Source: Candidatus Levyibacteriota bacterium (GTDB lineage: Bacteria; Patescibacteriota; Microgenomatia; Levybacterales; UBA12049). From it: 42,761 nt of DNA. Every line of letters starts with the position of its first letter. The first letter of the stretch is position 1. Made by a program: the position numbers and the translations under genes. Below the pieces are notes generated by a model. The model searched no databases and was not told the origin of the DNA. It saw only the letters and a program-made list of their open reading frames with translations. Positions 1 through 6,822 of the stretch are shown piece after piece. Location: NCBI GenBank assembly GCA_013816255.1, contig JACDET010000003.1, positions 10,303 through 53,063 of the forward strand, in the 5' to 3' direction.

Positions 1-1027
1 CTTGATTGATCTTTGCTTCACTAAGTTTAATCATTGTTTCTTTCGGTCGTTCGGGATAGATGTCAGTGATATGGGAGGTGATCTTGGCATCTGCGATTTT
101 TTGAAAAAGTTTGATGCCCGCTACAAATGCTGTCATAACGTGTTCTGGATTTAACCCTTTCTCATTTAAGACCGCGGCTTCTGTGCGTATGCCGTGTTCC
201 ATTGATGTTTTACGGATGTGATTTGGTTCGACGCTGTCGATAAAGAAGAGAATGCGTTTGGTGTCTTTTGTCACCACACTGTTGGCAGTTCCCATGACTC
301 CAAGTAAGTCGACAATCTCGCCTTTTCCATCGTCGGCGATAATATCTCCGCCACTTAATGTATATTCGCGACCATCAAGTGTTTTGATCTTCTCACCCTT
401 TTTGGATTCACGGATATTGAGTGTATGCGTGGTTAACCGGTCATAGTCAAAGACGTGTGTTGGATGGCCAGTTTCACGCATGATGTAGTTGGTGACATCG
501 ATAACGTTATTCAAGCTTCTGATGTCAGACGATTCCAAACGGTCTTTGATAACTTGCGGAGAATCTTTGATGGTCACTTCCATGATGACCGCACAAATTC
601 TCTTGACGAGTTTTGGATCATTAGTGAATTTCATCTCAGGCCCTTTTCCTGTTCGACCTTGTGGAGAACCTTTACTCAGTAGCTTCTCGACTTCGCCAGG
701 TACCGTACGGTACTTGGCTTCGCTCGAAGAATAATTAGGCGATAGTAGTTTTGCGTCAATGCCATTTTGTGGAAGTACTGTCGCGACTTCACGAGCCAAA
801 CCCATAACTGACATCAGTTCAGGACGGTTGGTCGTGACTTCGATATCATAGACAAAGTCATTTTTATATTTTTTTCCGATTTCATCGGGATCCCGCACGG
901 AAGATACCGTCGGGACAATATGCTCCACGCCAACACTCGTTAGTGAAAGTAATTCACCAATCTTTTGCGGTTTCGCGTTTGTCTTCACATGTTCCCGTAA
1001 CCACGAGTCGAGTATTTTTATATTCAT
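1..1027 (-). CDS. pheT: Phenylalanine--tRNA ligase beta subunit (partial, runs off left edge)
   Basis: ATG at 1027; own translation MNIKILDSWLREHV...YDIEVTTNRPELMSVMGLAREV, then B3/4-type sequence; directly downstream of pheS. The short N-terminus leaves no room for the B2 OB-fold domain. Confidence 0.95.
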   Translation of the reverse strand, partial: MNIKILDSWLREHVKTNAKPQKIGELLSLTSVGVEHIVPTVSSVRDPDEIGKKYKNDFVYDIEVTTNRPELMSVMGLAREVATVLPQNGIDAKLLSPNYSSSEAKYRTVPGEVEKLLSKGSPQGRTGKGPEMKFTNDPKLVKRICAVIMEVTIKDSPQVIKDRLESSDIRSLNNVIDVTNYIMRETGHPTHVFDYDRLTTHTLNIRESKKGEKIKTLDGREYTLSGGDIIADDGKGEIVDLLGVMGTANSVVTKDTKRILFFIDSVEPNHIRKTSMEHGIRTEAAVLNEKGLNPEHVMTAFVAGIKLFQKIADAKITSHITDIYPERPKETMIKLSEAKINQ

Positions 1028-1035
1028 ATTTATTA

Positions 1036-1112
1036 AGCGTCTAGGTTCTAGCTTCTAGCGGCTGGTGATGCATTATGTTTTCCTAAACGCTAGCCGCTAG
1101 AACCTAGACGCT
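1036..1112. repeat. CTAG-containing heptamer-unit inverted repeat between pheS and pheT
   Basis: Perfect 17-bp IR AGCGTCTAGGTTCTAGC (1036-1052) / GCTAGAACCTAGACGCT (1096-1112); arms built of ~7-nt units containing CTAG. Confidence 0.8.
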
Positions 1113-1115
1113 CAT

Positions 1116-2210
1116 CTAGAACTGTTGCAAGAAATCTAAATCATTTGCATAAAGTACTCGTATATCATCGAGTTTCACTCCTTCTTTCATCATAAGGACC
1201 CGCTCAATTCCCCAGCCAAATGCAAAGCCAGTGTACTTCTCTGGATCTACTCCACCATATTTTAGTACATTCGGATGTACCATTCCTGCTCCTCCAAGTT
1301 CTAGCCAACCTTCTTTGCAAAGTCTGCATCCTTTTCCGAGGCAAACTCCACAACTGATATCGACTTCAAATGATGGTTCGGTGAATTGGAAATGATACGG
1401 GCGGATGCGTGCTTTTCTTTGTTCTCCGAAATATGATTTGACGAAGAAGTCCAACGTGCCTTTGAGGTCCGCGATCGATACATCTTCAGCGACGACCAAT
1501 CCTTCAAATTGATGAAAGGTTGGCGTGTGACTGACGTCTGATTGGCGGCGATAGCATTTGGCGATGTTGAGCATCCTGATATTTACGTCATCCTGAACTT
1601 GTTTCAGGATCTTCTTATTTGTTGGGGATCCCGAAACAAGTTCGGGATGACTATACTTTTCCATTTCTCGCACTTGTCCTGATGATGTATGTGGAGTCAG
1701 GAGAACACTGCCTTTTTTATTATCTGGTTTTTGTTGGATGAAAAATGTCTCCCAATCATCGCGTGCTGGATGATTGTCGGGGAAGTTGAGACTTGTGAAG
1801 GCGTACCAATCCCATTCGATTTCAGGATGACGTACTCTTTTGAATCCGATACTATTAAATATCGTGGTTATCTCGCGGATGGCTTGGGTTACCAGATGGA
1901 GATGTCCGAGTGCTGGTCTGATACCTGGTTCTGTGACGTCGAGTGCTGGGCGAGTAGATACTTTAATTTCTTTGAGTTCCTGCTGCTTGTTCTTGAGTGT
2001 ATCTTCGATGATTGTTTTGACTTCATTGACGACTCTTCCGGCTTCAGGTTTTTGATCTGCTGGAATAGTTTTCATCTCTTTCATAGCTTCAGTCAGTGTT
2101 CCGTTGCGGCCTAGGAATTGGAGGCGGAGTTCTTCAAGTTCTGCCAAGGATTTGGCATCGATAATAAGTGACAGGGCGGTGTTTTTGATTTGTAAAAGTT
2201 TTTCTTTCAT
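1116..2210 (-). CDS. pheS: Phenylalanine--tRNA ligase alpha subunit (start revised to 2210)
   Basis: Motifs GHLH, NFPDNHPARD, HTSSGQ, HTPTFHQFEG, FQFTEPS, GWLELGGAGMVHPNV, GFAFGWGIER; MKEKLLQ starts at 2210 with TATAAT just upstream. Confidence 0.97.
   Translation of the reverse strand: MKEKLLQIKNTALSLIIDAKSLAELEELRLQFLGRNGTLTEAMKEMKTIPADQKPEAGRVVNEVKTIIEDTLKNKQQELKEIKVSTRPALDVTEPGIRPALGHLHLVTQAIREITTIFNSIGFKRVRHPEIEWDWYAFTSLNFPDNHPARDDWETFFIQQKPDNKKGSVLLTPHTSSGQVREMEKYSHPELVSGSPTNKKILKQVQDDVNIRMLNIAKCYRRQSDVSHTPTFHQFEGLVVAEDVSIADLKGTLDFFVKSYFGEQRKARIRPYHFQFTEPSFEVDISCGVCLGKGCRLCKEGWLELGGAGMVHPNVLKYGGVDPEKYTGFAFGWGIERVLMMKEGVKLDDIRVLYANDLDFLQQF
1587..1651. repeat. REP doublet (REPIN) inserted in-frame in pheS
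   Basis: GTCATCCTGAACTTGTTTCAGGATC...GGATCCCGAAACAAGTTCGGGATGAC; same family as intergenic copies at 5411, 5868 and 9961. Confidence 0.9.
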
Positions 2211-2246
2211 AGATTTGTTTATTATAATACTTATTTGTTGTAGCAA

Positions 2247-2419
2247 CAACGCTTCTTTGTACTTTTGGCCGCAAAAGTACCAAAACTCTGTCCGCTCGTG
2301 AAGTCGGGTTACAATTATTCCATTCGCTTGTCGGGGGAAACGTTGCCCTCTCCGGCACAAGGCCGGCGGTCCCCCTGACGACTCATTCCATAATTGCTTC
2401 ACGCCCTTTGTTCAACGCT
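2247..2419. other. GC-rich structured intergenic element (candidate ncRNA or MITE-like repeat)
   Basis: Hairpin GTACTTTTG-GCCG-CAAAAGTAC plus nested stems CGTGAAG/CTTCACG, CAATTAT/ATAATTG, GTCGGGGGA/TCCCCCTGAC, CCGGC/GCCGG. Confidence 0.5.
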
Positions 2420-2449
2420 ACCAAACATATTTATAGAAATATTTTATAT

Positions 2450-3034
2450 TTATTTCTTCACCAACAAAAACGTTGTGAAGTTGTCTTTTTTGTCTTGGAG
2501 ACCGGTTTCTATTACGCTAAGTCCGTATACTTGCGCCAATACTTGGCTTCCCATGACTGCCACGTTCGCAGGGAGTTTCTTTTGGGATAAGTGCTCGGCA
2601 ATCTTTGCGTGATCGATGAATTCTCCTTCACCGACGATTTGTTTAAGATGAGGATATTTCTCAGCAAGTTTTGTTTTGCATTGGGCGAAAACTTGTGGAT
2701 GCGCCATGACTGTATCGATCTTTTCAATCGTTGCGTCAGTTCGGATCATCAGTGCATGTTCGATTTGCATTTTGTAGTCTGCTACCAATTCGAAATTATA
2801 CTTCCCCATTGCACGGACACTTTCATGGACGACGCCACCGAGTGAATTATGAACTGCAAATTGTCCCTTATCGATTGTTCTATCGCTGAGTTCTTTAAGA
2901 ACGTTTTCTGAGGTGTGGAGATATTTGATGTAACAGTTTTGGAGATTATTCGTTTTAACAAACATCAAAACAGCCTCTTCATTGAAGCTTCCGCGACCGC
3001 CTTGGATTCCGATGGTTAGTTTGTTATTTGTCAT
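2450..3034 (-). CDS. pheA: Prephenate dehydratase, catalytic domain only (no ACT domain)
   Basis: IGIQGGRGSFNEEA, AVHNSLGG, AHPQVFAQC, LQDKKDNFTTF (TRF-equivalent) followed at once by the stop; start revised to ATG 3034, outside the REP. Confidence 0.88.
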   Translation of the reverse strand: MTNNKLTIGIQGGRGSFNEEAVLMFVKTNNLQNCYIKYLHTSENVLKELSDRTIDKGQFAVHNSLGGVVHESVRAMGKYNFELVADYKMQIEHALMIRTDATIEKIDTVMAHPQVFAQCKTKLAEKYPHLKQIVGEGEFIDHAKIAEHLSQKKLPANVAVMGSQVLAQVYGLSVIETGLQDKKDNFTTFLLVKK

Positions 3035-3041
3035 ATTGCAC

Positions 3042-3140
3042 GTCATTGCGAGAAGTGAAGCGACGAAGCAATCCTCTACTCCATCTGTAACCTGGTGGAG
3101 ATTGCCACGTCATGCATTATCATGCTTTCCTCGCAATGAC
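3042..3140. repeat. REP doublet (GTCATTGCGAG...CTCGCAATGAC type)
   Basis: Inverted termini with internal AAGCAATC/GATTGCC palindromes; second copy at 4328-4403. Confidence 0.85.
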
Positions 3141-3160
3141 GAAATAGCCTTAGACTCCGC

Positions 3161-4312
3161 CTAGGCAAAATATGTATCAATCTCGTCAATAGTACCACAA
3201 ATACTTACTCTCACAAACCTGTCACCATTTTTTCCAAATGCTGTTCCAGGTGTTACCAATATTTGTTTTTCCTGAAGGAGTTTCATGCTGTATGTCCATG
3301 AATTAGTTTCGGTATTTGGGATCTTGGCCCAGATGTATAAGCTTGCTTTTGGTAATGTGCTTTGTAATCCTAATTTTGATAAATATGTCGCCACTGTTTT
3401 ACGCCGCGCGTCATACGTTCTGATCATATTCTCATGCCATGCAACATCCTTGTGGGTAAGTGCATATGCACCAAGCTTTTGCATTGGGATTGCGAGGCCT
3501 GAATCCATTTGGGATTTTACTTTGGCTAGGGACGCGATGATATCTTTATTTCCGACGATCCAACCGATGCGATATCCGGCAAATGAATATGCTTTTGAGA
3601 AAGAATTTATTTCGACAGCGACTTCTTTGGCACCTTCAATTTGCAATATGCTTGGCGCGACGTATCCGTCAAATGTGATTTCTGAATACGCATTATCATA
3701 AATGATGAAGATATTGTGTTCTTTGGCAAAGGCAATAAGTTGTTCAAGTTCTTCGAGTGTTGCTATTTGTCCAAGGGGATTGGATGGGAAGTTGACCCAC
3801 ATGAATTTTGTTTTGGCGGTTACTTTTGATTTGAGTTCCCTCATATCTATTTTGTACTCATTTGTGGGGAGTAAATCATAGGTGATGACTTTTGCGCCGA
3901 CCATCAGAGCCGGACCTGCGAATCCTTGGTATCCTGGATCAGGTGTCAGGACTTCATCTCCTTTGTTGAGAAACGCCAATGGCAGCATACCAATCGCGTC
4001 TTTTTCTCCAATCAATTGATAGACTTCATCGGATTCTAAATCCACACCAAACCGCTTTTTATGCCATGCAATGAGTGCATCTCTGAATTCGGGTCGTGGA
4101 CCATATCCTGGATAGATATGTGCGTCTGGTTCGGCGATATATTCTTGGAGTTTGGCAATATATTTCTTACTTGGCTTTATATTTGGATTGCCTGTACCGA
4201 GATTCAAGACGTTGCGTCCTGATTGTTTTTCAACCTCCATGACTGCTTTGTTGAGTTTTGAGAAAATATATTCAGGAAAGTTTTCTAATCGTTTGGCTGG
4301 TGTGATATTCAT
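3161..4312 (-). CDS. PLP-dependent aminotransferase class I/II (likely aromatic transaminase in this context)
   Basis: LNLGTGNP, PDPGY, NFPSNPLG, YDNAY, SFSKAYSFAGYRIG (PLP lysine), PGTAFG, FVRVS; start revised to ATG 4312. Substrate inferred from gene context only. Confidence 0.9.
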   Translation of the reverse strand: MNITPAKRLENFPEYIFSKLNKAVMEVEKQSGRNVLNLGTGNPNIKPSKKYIAKLQEYIAEPDAHIYPGYGPRPEFRDALIAWHKKRFGVDLESDEVYQLIGEKDAIGMLPLAFLNKGDEVLTPDPGYQGFAGPALMVGAKVITYDLLPTNEYKIDMRELKSKVTAKTKFMWVNFPSNPLGQIATLEELEQLIAFAKEHNIFIIYDNAYSEITFDGYVAPSILQIEGAKEVAVEINSFSKAYSFAGYRIGWIVGNKDIIASLAKVKSQMDSGLAIPMQKLGAYALTHKDVAWHENMIRTYDARRKTVATYLSKLGLQSTLPKASLYIWAKIPNTETNSWTYSMKLLQEKQILVTPGTAFGKNGDRFVRVSICGTIDEIDTYFA

Positions 4313-4327
4313 AAGTATATTTATATT

Positions 4328-4403
4328 GTCATTGCGAGGAACGAAGTGAAGAAGCAATCCCTATTAGTAGAGATTGCCGCGTCGTTTCACTCCTCGCAAT
4401 GAC
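4328..4403. repeat. REP doublet (GTCATTGCGAG type)
   Basis: GTCATTGCGAGGA...AAGCAATC...GAGATTGCC...TCCTCGCAATGAC. Confidence 0.85.
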
Positions 4404-4408
4404 AATTA

Positions 4409-4690
4409 TTATTTGTTACTCCTTTCTTCAAGTATTAGAGCGTGCTTATGAATTTTTTCATAAATCTCCCGTACCAAATCCTGAGACAGGTCTAGATCGT
4501 TTCCTTTTGCCAACTTATCTTCTAATACTTCCTGCCACCGCTTAGGATCAAGCGGCAGAATATCACGTTCTTTTTTATATAATCCGACTTTTTTGACAAC
4601 CTCCATCCGCTCTGCTAGTGCTTCAAGCAGTTTTTTATCAGCAACATCTATCTCGTGACGCATTTGTTCTAAAATATATTTTTTATCCAT
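4409..4690 (-). CDS. Chorismate mutase type II (AroQ), monofunctional
   Basis: LEQMRHEIDVADKKLLEALAERMEVVKKVGLYK...DPKR, 93 aa. Confidence 0.92.
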   Translation of the reverse strand: MDKKYILEQMRHEIDVADKKLLEALAERMEVVKKVGLYKKERDILPLDPKRWQEVLEDKLAKGNDLDLSQDLVREIYEKIHKHALILEERSNK

Positions 4691-4780
4691 TATTTTGTAT
4701 TTACTAATTATTTTAACACGCTTTAGTTCATTGCCGGAGCAAATGTATGATTTACCCCGGCAATACTTATTTGTTTCATA

Positions 4781-5197
4781 CTAACTACGGAACGATATTA
4801 CTCCGCTTTTGCTTCTAACAGCTGAGGGTTGATTCATTACAGTTGGTTTTCGGTATTTGCTTGTAAGGGCTGTTGCATCAACTAATATTGTCACATCTTC
4901 GACTAATTCTGTCTCACCAATGCCGTTATTATCTAAATGCACCTCCACAGTCTCACCATGTAAGTGACGAGCACGAACTTTTATATGAGATTCTTTTTCT
5001 CCTGGTAGTACATTACTTGTATCCATTCCTACTCCAGTTGGCATTAGAGGAGAATTATAAAAGGTTCTTCTCCATTGTGGAATATCTGCAATACGATTTT
5101 CCCAAACAACTTCTCCTCCACCTCGTGCTTTGTATTGTACTGTTACACTATCTTTTGGACGGAATTGTCCTATTGAGTCTGTTTTACGTTCTGTCAT
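4781..5197 (-). CDS. Hypothetical protein (138 aa), first gene after the aromatic attenuator
   Basis: ATG 5197 preceded by strong SD AAGGAGGTGA; no recognisable motif. Confidence 0.65.
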   Translation of the reverse strand: MTERKTDSIGQFRPKDSVTVQYKARGGGEVVWENRIADIPQWRRTFYNSPLMPTGVGMDTSNVLPGEKESHIKVRARHLHGETVEVHLDNNGIGETELVEDVTILVDATALTSKYRKPTVMNQPSAVRSKSGVISFRS

Positions 5198-5220
5198 AAT
5201 AATCACCTCCTTACATTGGA

Positions 5221-5253
5221 CCTCACCCTGACCCTCTCCTGCGAGGAGAGGGA
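5221..5253. repeat. REP-like hairpin (CCTCACCCTGACCCTCTCC...GGAGAGGG type)
   Basis: Stem CCCTCTCCT-GCG-AGGAGAGGG preceded by CCTCACCCT. Confidence 0.6.
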
Positions 5254-5269
5254 ACATTGTTTAGACCAT

Positions 5270-5294
5270 AAAAAAACCTCCCTTCTGGGGAGGT
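5270..5294 (-). terminator. Attenuator terminator of the aromatic operon
   Basis: Minus strand ACCTCCC-CAGAA-GGGAGGT followed by a T-tract. Confidence 0.9.
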
Positions 5295-5323
5295 GTATGA
5301 GTGTTCCTGGTTTGTGTTTTCGT

Positions 5324-5401
5324 TTAGGCGAAAGCACCACTCAACCTCCCGGTTGGGGAAGTAAAGTAAAACCAAAAATAAGCTATGTTTTGCATTGTCA
5401 T
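5324..5401 (-). CDS. Aromatic amino acid leader peptide MTMQNIAYFWFYFTSPTGRLSGAFA
   Basis: 25-aa ORF with six consecutive aromatic codons; GGGAGGTTGAGTG in the leader can pair with CACTCATACACCTCCC, overlapping the terminator 5' arm. Confidence 0.9.
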   Translation of the reverse strand: MTMQNIAYFWFYFTSPTGRLSGAFA

Positions 5402-5410
5402 ATTATTAAT

Positions 5411-5491
5411 GTCATTCCGAACTTGTTTCGGAATTCCCAATTAGTATGGGATCCTGAAACGAGTTCTCCCCATTCGGGGACTTAGGATGAC
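5411..5491. repeat. REP doublet with an extra nested hairpin
   Basis: GTCATTCCGAACTTGTTTCGGAAT...GATCCTGAAACGAGTT, then a TCCCCATTCGGGGA hairpin, then AGGATGAC. Confidence 0.85.
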
Positions 5492-5502
5492 AAGGAAAAG
5501 GT

Positions 5503-5853
5503 TTATGCAGTTCTTACTGCGTCTACTACTTTTTTAAATGCTTGTGGATCTTCAACGATGAGGTTACTCAACATTTTTCGATCCAATGCGATGTTTGCTT
5601 TTTGGAGCTTATTGATGAAAACACTGTAGGAGATGTTTTCTTTTTTGACAGCTTCTGAGATGCGGACAATCCACAATGTGCGGAAATCTTGCTTTCTCAG
5701 CTTTCGGCCGTGGAATGCGTATGCACCTGCGTGCAGACTTGCTTCTTTAGCGACTTTGACCAATTTACTTTTTGTTCCACGATAGCCCTTTGTCAGAGAC
5801 AAAAGTTTATTGTGTTTTCTTCGTGATACGACTCCTCTTTTAATTCTTGACAT
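5503..5853 (-). CDS. rplT: 50S ribosomal protein L20
   Basis: MSRIKRG...KGYRG...FRTLWIVRI...LDRKMLS. Confidence 0.98.
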   Translation of the reverse strand: MSRIKRGVVSRRKHNKLLSLTKGYRGTKSKLVKVAKEASLHAGAYAFHGRKLRKQDFRTLWIVRISEAVKKENISYSVFINKLQKANIALDRKMLSNLIVEDPQAFKKVVDAVRTA

Positions 5854-5867
5854 AATAGTTCTTTCTT

Positions 5868-5930
5868 GTCATTCCGAATTTATTTCGGAATCCCCATTTA
5901 TTGGAGATCCTGAAACGAGTTCAGGATGAC
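5868..5930. repeat. REP doublet
   Basis: GTCATTCCGAATTTATTTCGGAATC...GATCCTGAAACGAGTTCAGGATGAC. Confidence 0.9.
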
Positions 5931-5932
5931 AG

Positions 5933-6136
5933 TTAGGCTGCGCCCATCATTTGCTTTATTTTCTTTGCAAAGGTTGCGTTCAATTGTGCTGGTTCTTTCA
6001 GTCTTCTTAGTCTTCTCTTTGATTTACCAAGCTTTAAATGGCCTCCAAATTGGTGACCGTGCATAACTTTACCGGTTTTTGTGATCTTAAACCGTTTTGT
6101 TACTGCGCTTTTTGTTTTTTTCTTTAATTTTGCCAT
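5933..6136 (-). CDS. rpmI: 50S ribosomal protein L35
   Basis: KKKTKSAVTKRFKITKTGKV; lies between infC and rplT. Confidence 0.96.
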   Translation of the reverse strand: MAKLKKKTKSAVTKRFKITKTGKVMHGHQFGGHLKLGKSKRRLRRLKEPAQLNATFAKKIKQMMGAA

Positions 6137-6155
6137 AATTCATTATTCTTTCTCT

Positions 6156-6223
6156 GTCATTCTGAACCCGTTTATCGGGTAAAGAATCTCATACCTGGGA
6201 TCCTTCGCTTTGCTCAGGATGAC
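6156..6223. repeat. REP doublet overlapping the infC stop codon
   Basis: GTCATTCTGAAC...AAGAATCT...GGATCCTTCGCTTTGCTCAGGATGAC; infC ends V-S-S-TGA inside it. Confidence 0.85.
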
Positions 6224-6822
6224 ACTTCCTTTTTAGATTCCTCGGTTTTACTTGGAACGACTGGCTCTTCTTCTTTTGCTTTCTTTCCTTTTTCAACTGA
6301 AAGCAATGCGACCATTTGTCTTCCTTCGAACTTTGGATCGCGGTCGACTTTTGATATATCTTGTAATGCGTCAACCACTTTATAGATCACTTGCCTTCCG
6401 AATTCGGAGCGAGTGATCTGTCTTCCTCTGAATTTTACCACTAATCGAACTTTGTCTCCATCTTCAAGAAATTCCCGTCCGCGTCTGATCATCACTTGAA
6501 GATCATTGTCAGACATGAAAGGCCCAAGGCGTATTTCCTTGGTTTCAGAAGTTTTCGCTTTCTTCTTTTCTTCCTGTTTCTTCTTCGATAGTTGGTACAA
6601 GAACTTGTTGTAGTCGATTATCTTCGCAACCGGTGGTTTGGCCATCGGTGCAACTTCGACTAAATCAAGATCCTGTTCATGGGCAAGCCGTAATGCTTCT
6701 TCTTTGGTTAATACCCCAATTTGTTTTCCTTCAACATCCAACACCCGAAGGGGAGATGCGTAGATACGATTATTGGTTCGGTATCGTTTCTCTTGCTGTT
6801 TGTATTTAGGTCTTTTTTGCAA
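6214..6822 (-). CDS. infC: Translation initiation factor IF-3 (TTG start)
   Basis: NNRI, DLVEVAPMAKPPVAKIIDY, KEIRL, GDKVRLVVKFRGRQ; overlaps the thrS 3' end by 17 nt. Confidence 0.97.
   Translation of the reverse strand: MQKRPKYKQQEKRYRTNNRIYASPLRVLDVEGKQIGVLTKEEALRLAHEQDLDLVEVAPMAKPPVAKIIDYNKFLYQLSKKKQEEKKKAKTSETKEIRLGPFMSDNDLQVMIRRGREFLEDGDKVRLVVKFRGRQITRSEFGRQVIYKVVDALQDISKVDRDPKFEGRQMVALLSVEKGKKAKEEEPVVPSKTEESKKEVSS

Noticed and set aside
2211-2402. ORF-track N-terminal extension of PheS (likewise ilvA, tig, RAYT, aminotransferase, 4781 ORF)
   Set aside because: These extensions run through promoters, REPs or attenuators; recognisable protein sequence begins at downstream ATGs.
2211-2449. 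T-box riboswitch or SRP RNA upstream of pheS
   Set aside because: No GGTGGNACC T-box motif, no SRP GGAA-loop consensus, and pheS has its own -10 downstream; kept only as an unexplained structured element.
3161-4312. Naming the aminotransferase dapL and the M20 enzyme dapE (lysine pathway)
   Set aside because: Motifs support only the families; context and leader codons point to aromatic and Ile control, with no Lys-rich leader.
5411-6223. Recurring palindromes as a CRISPR array
   Set aside because: They are inverted doublets separated by whole genes, which fits REP/REPIN.
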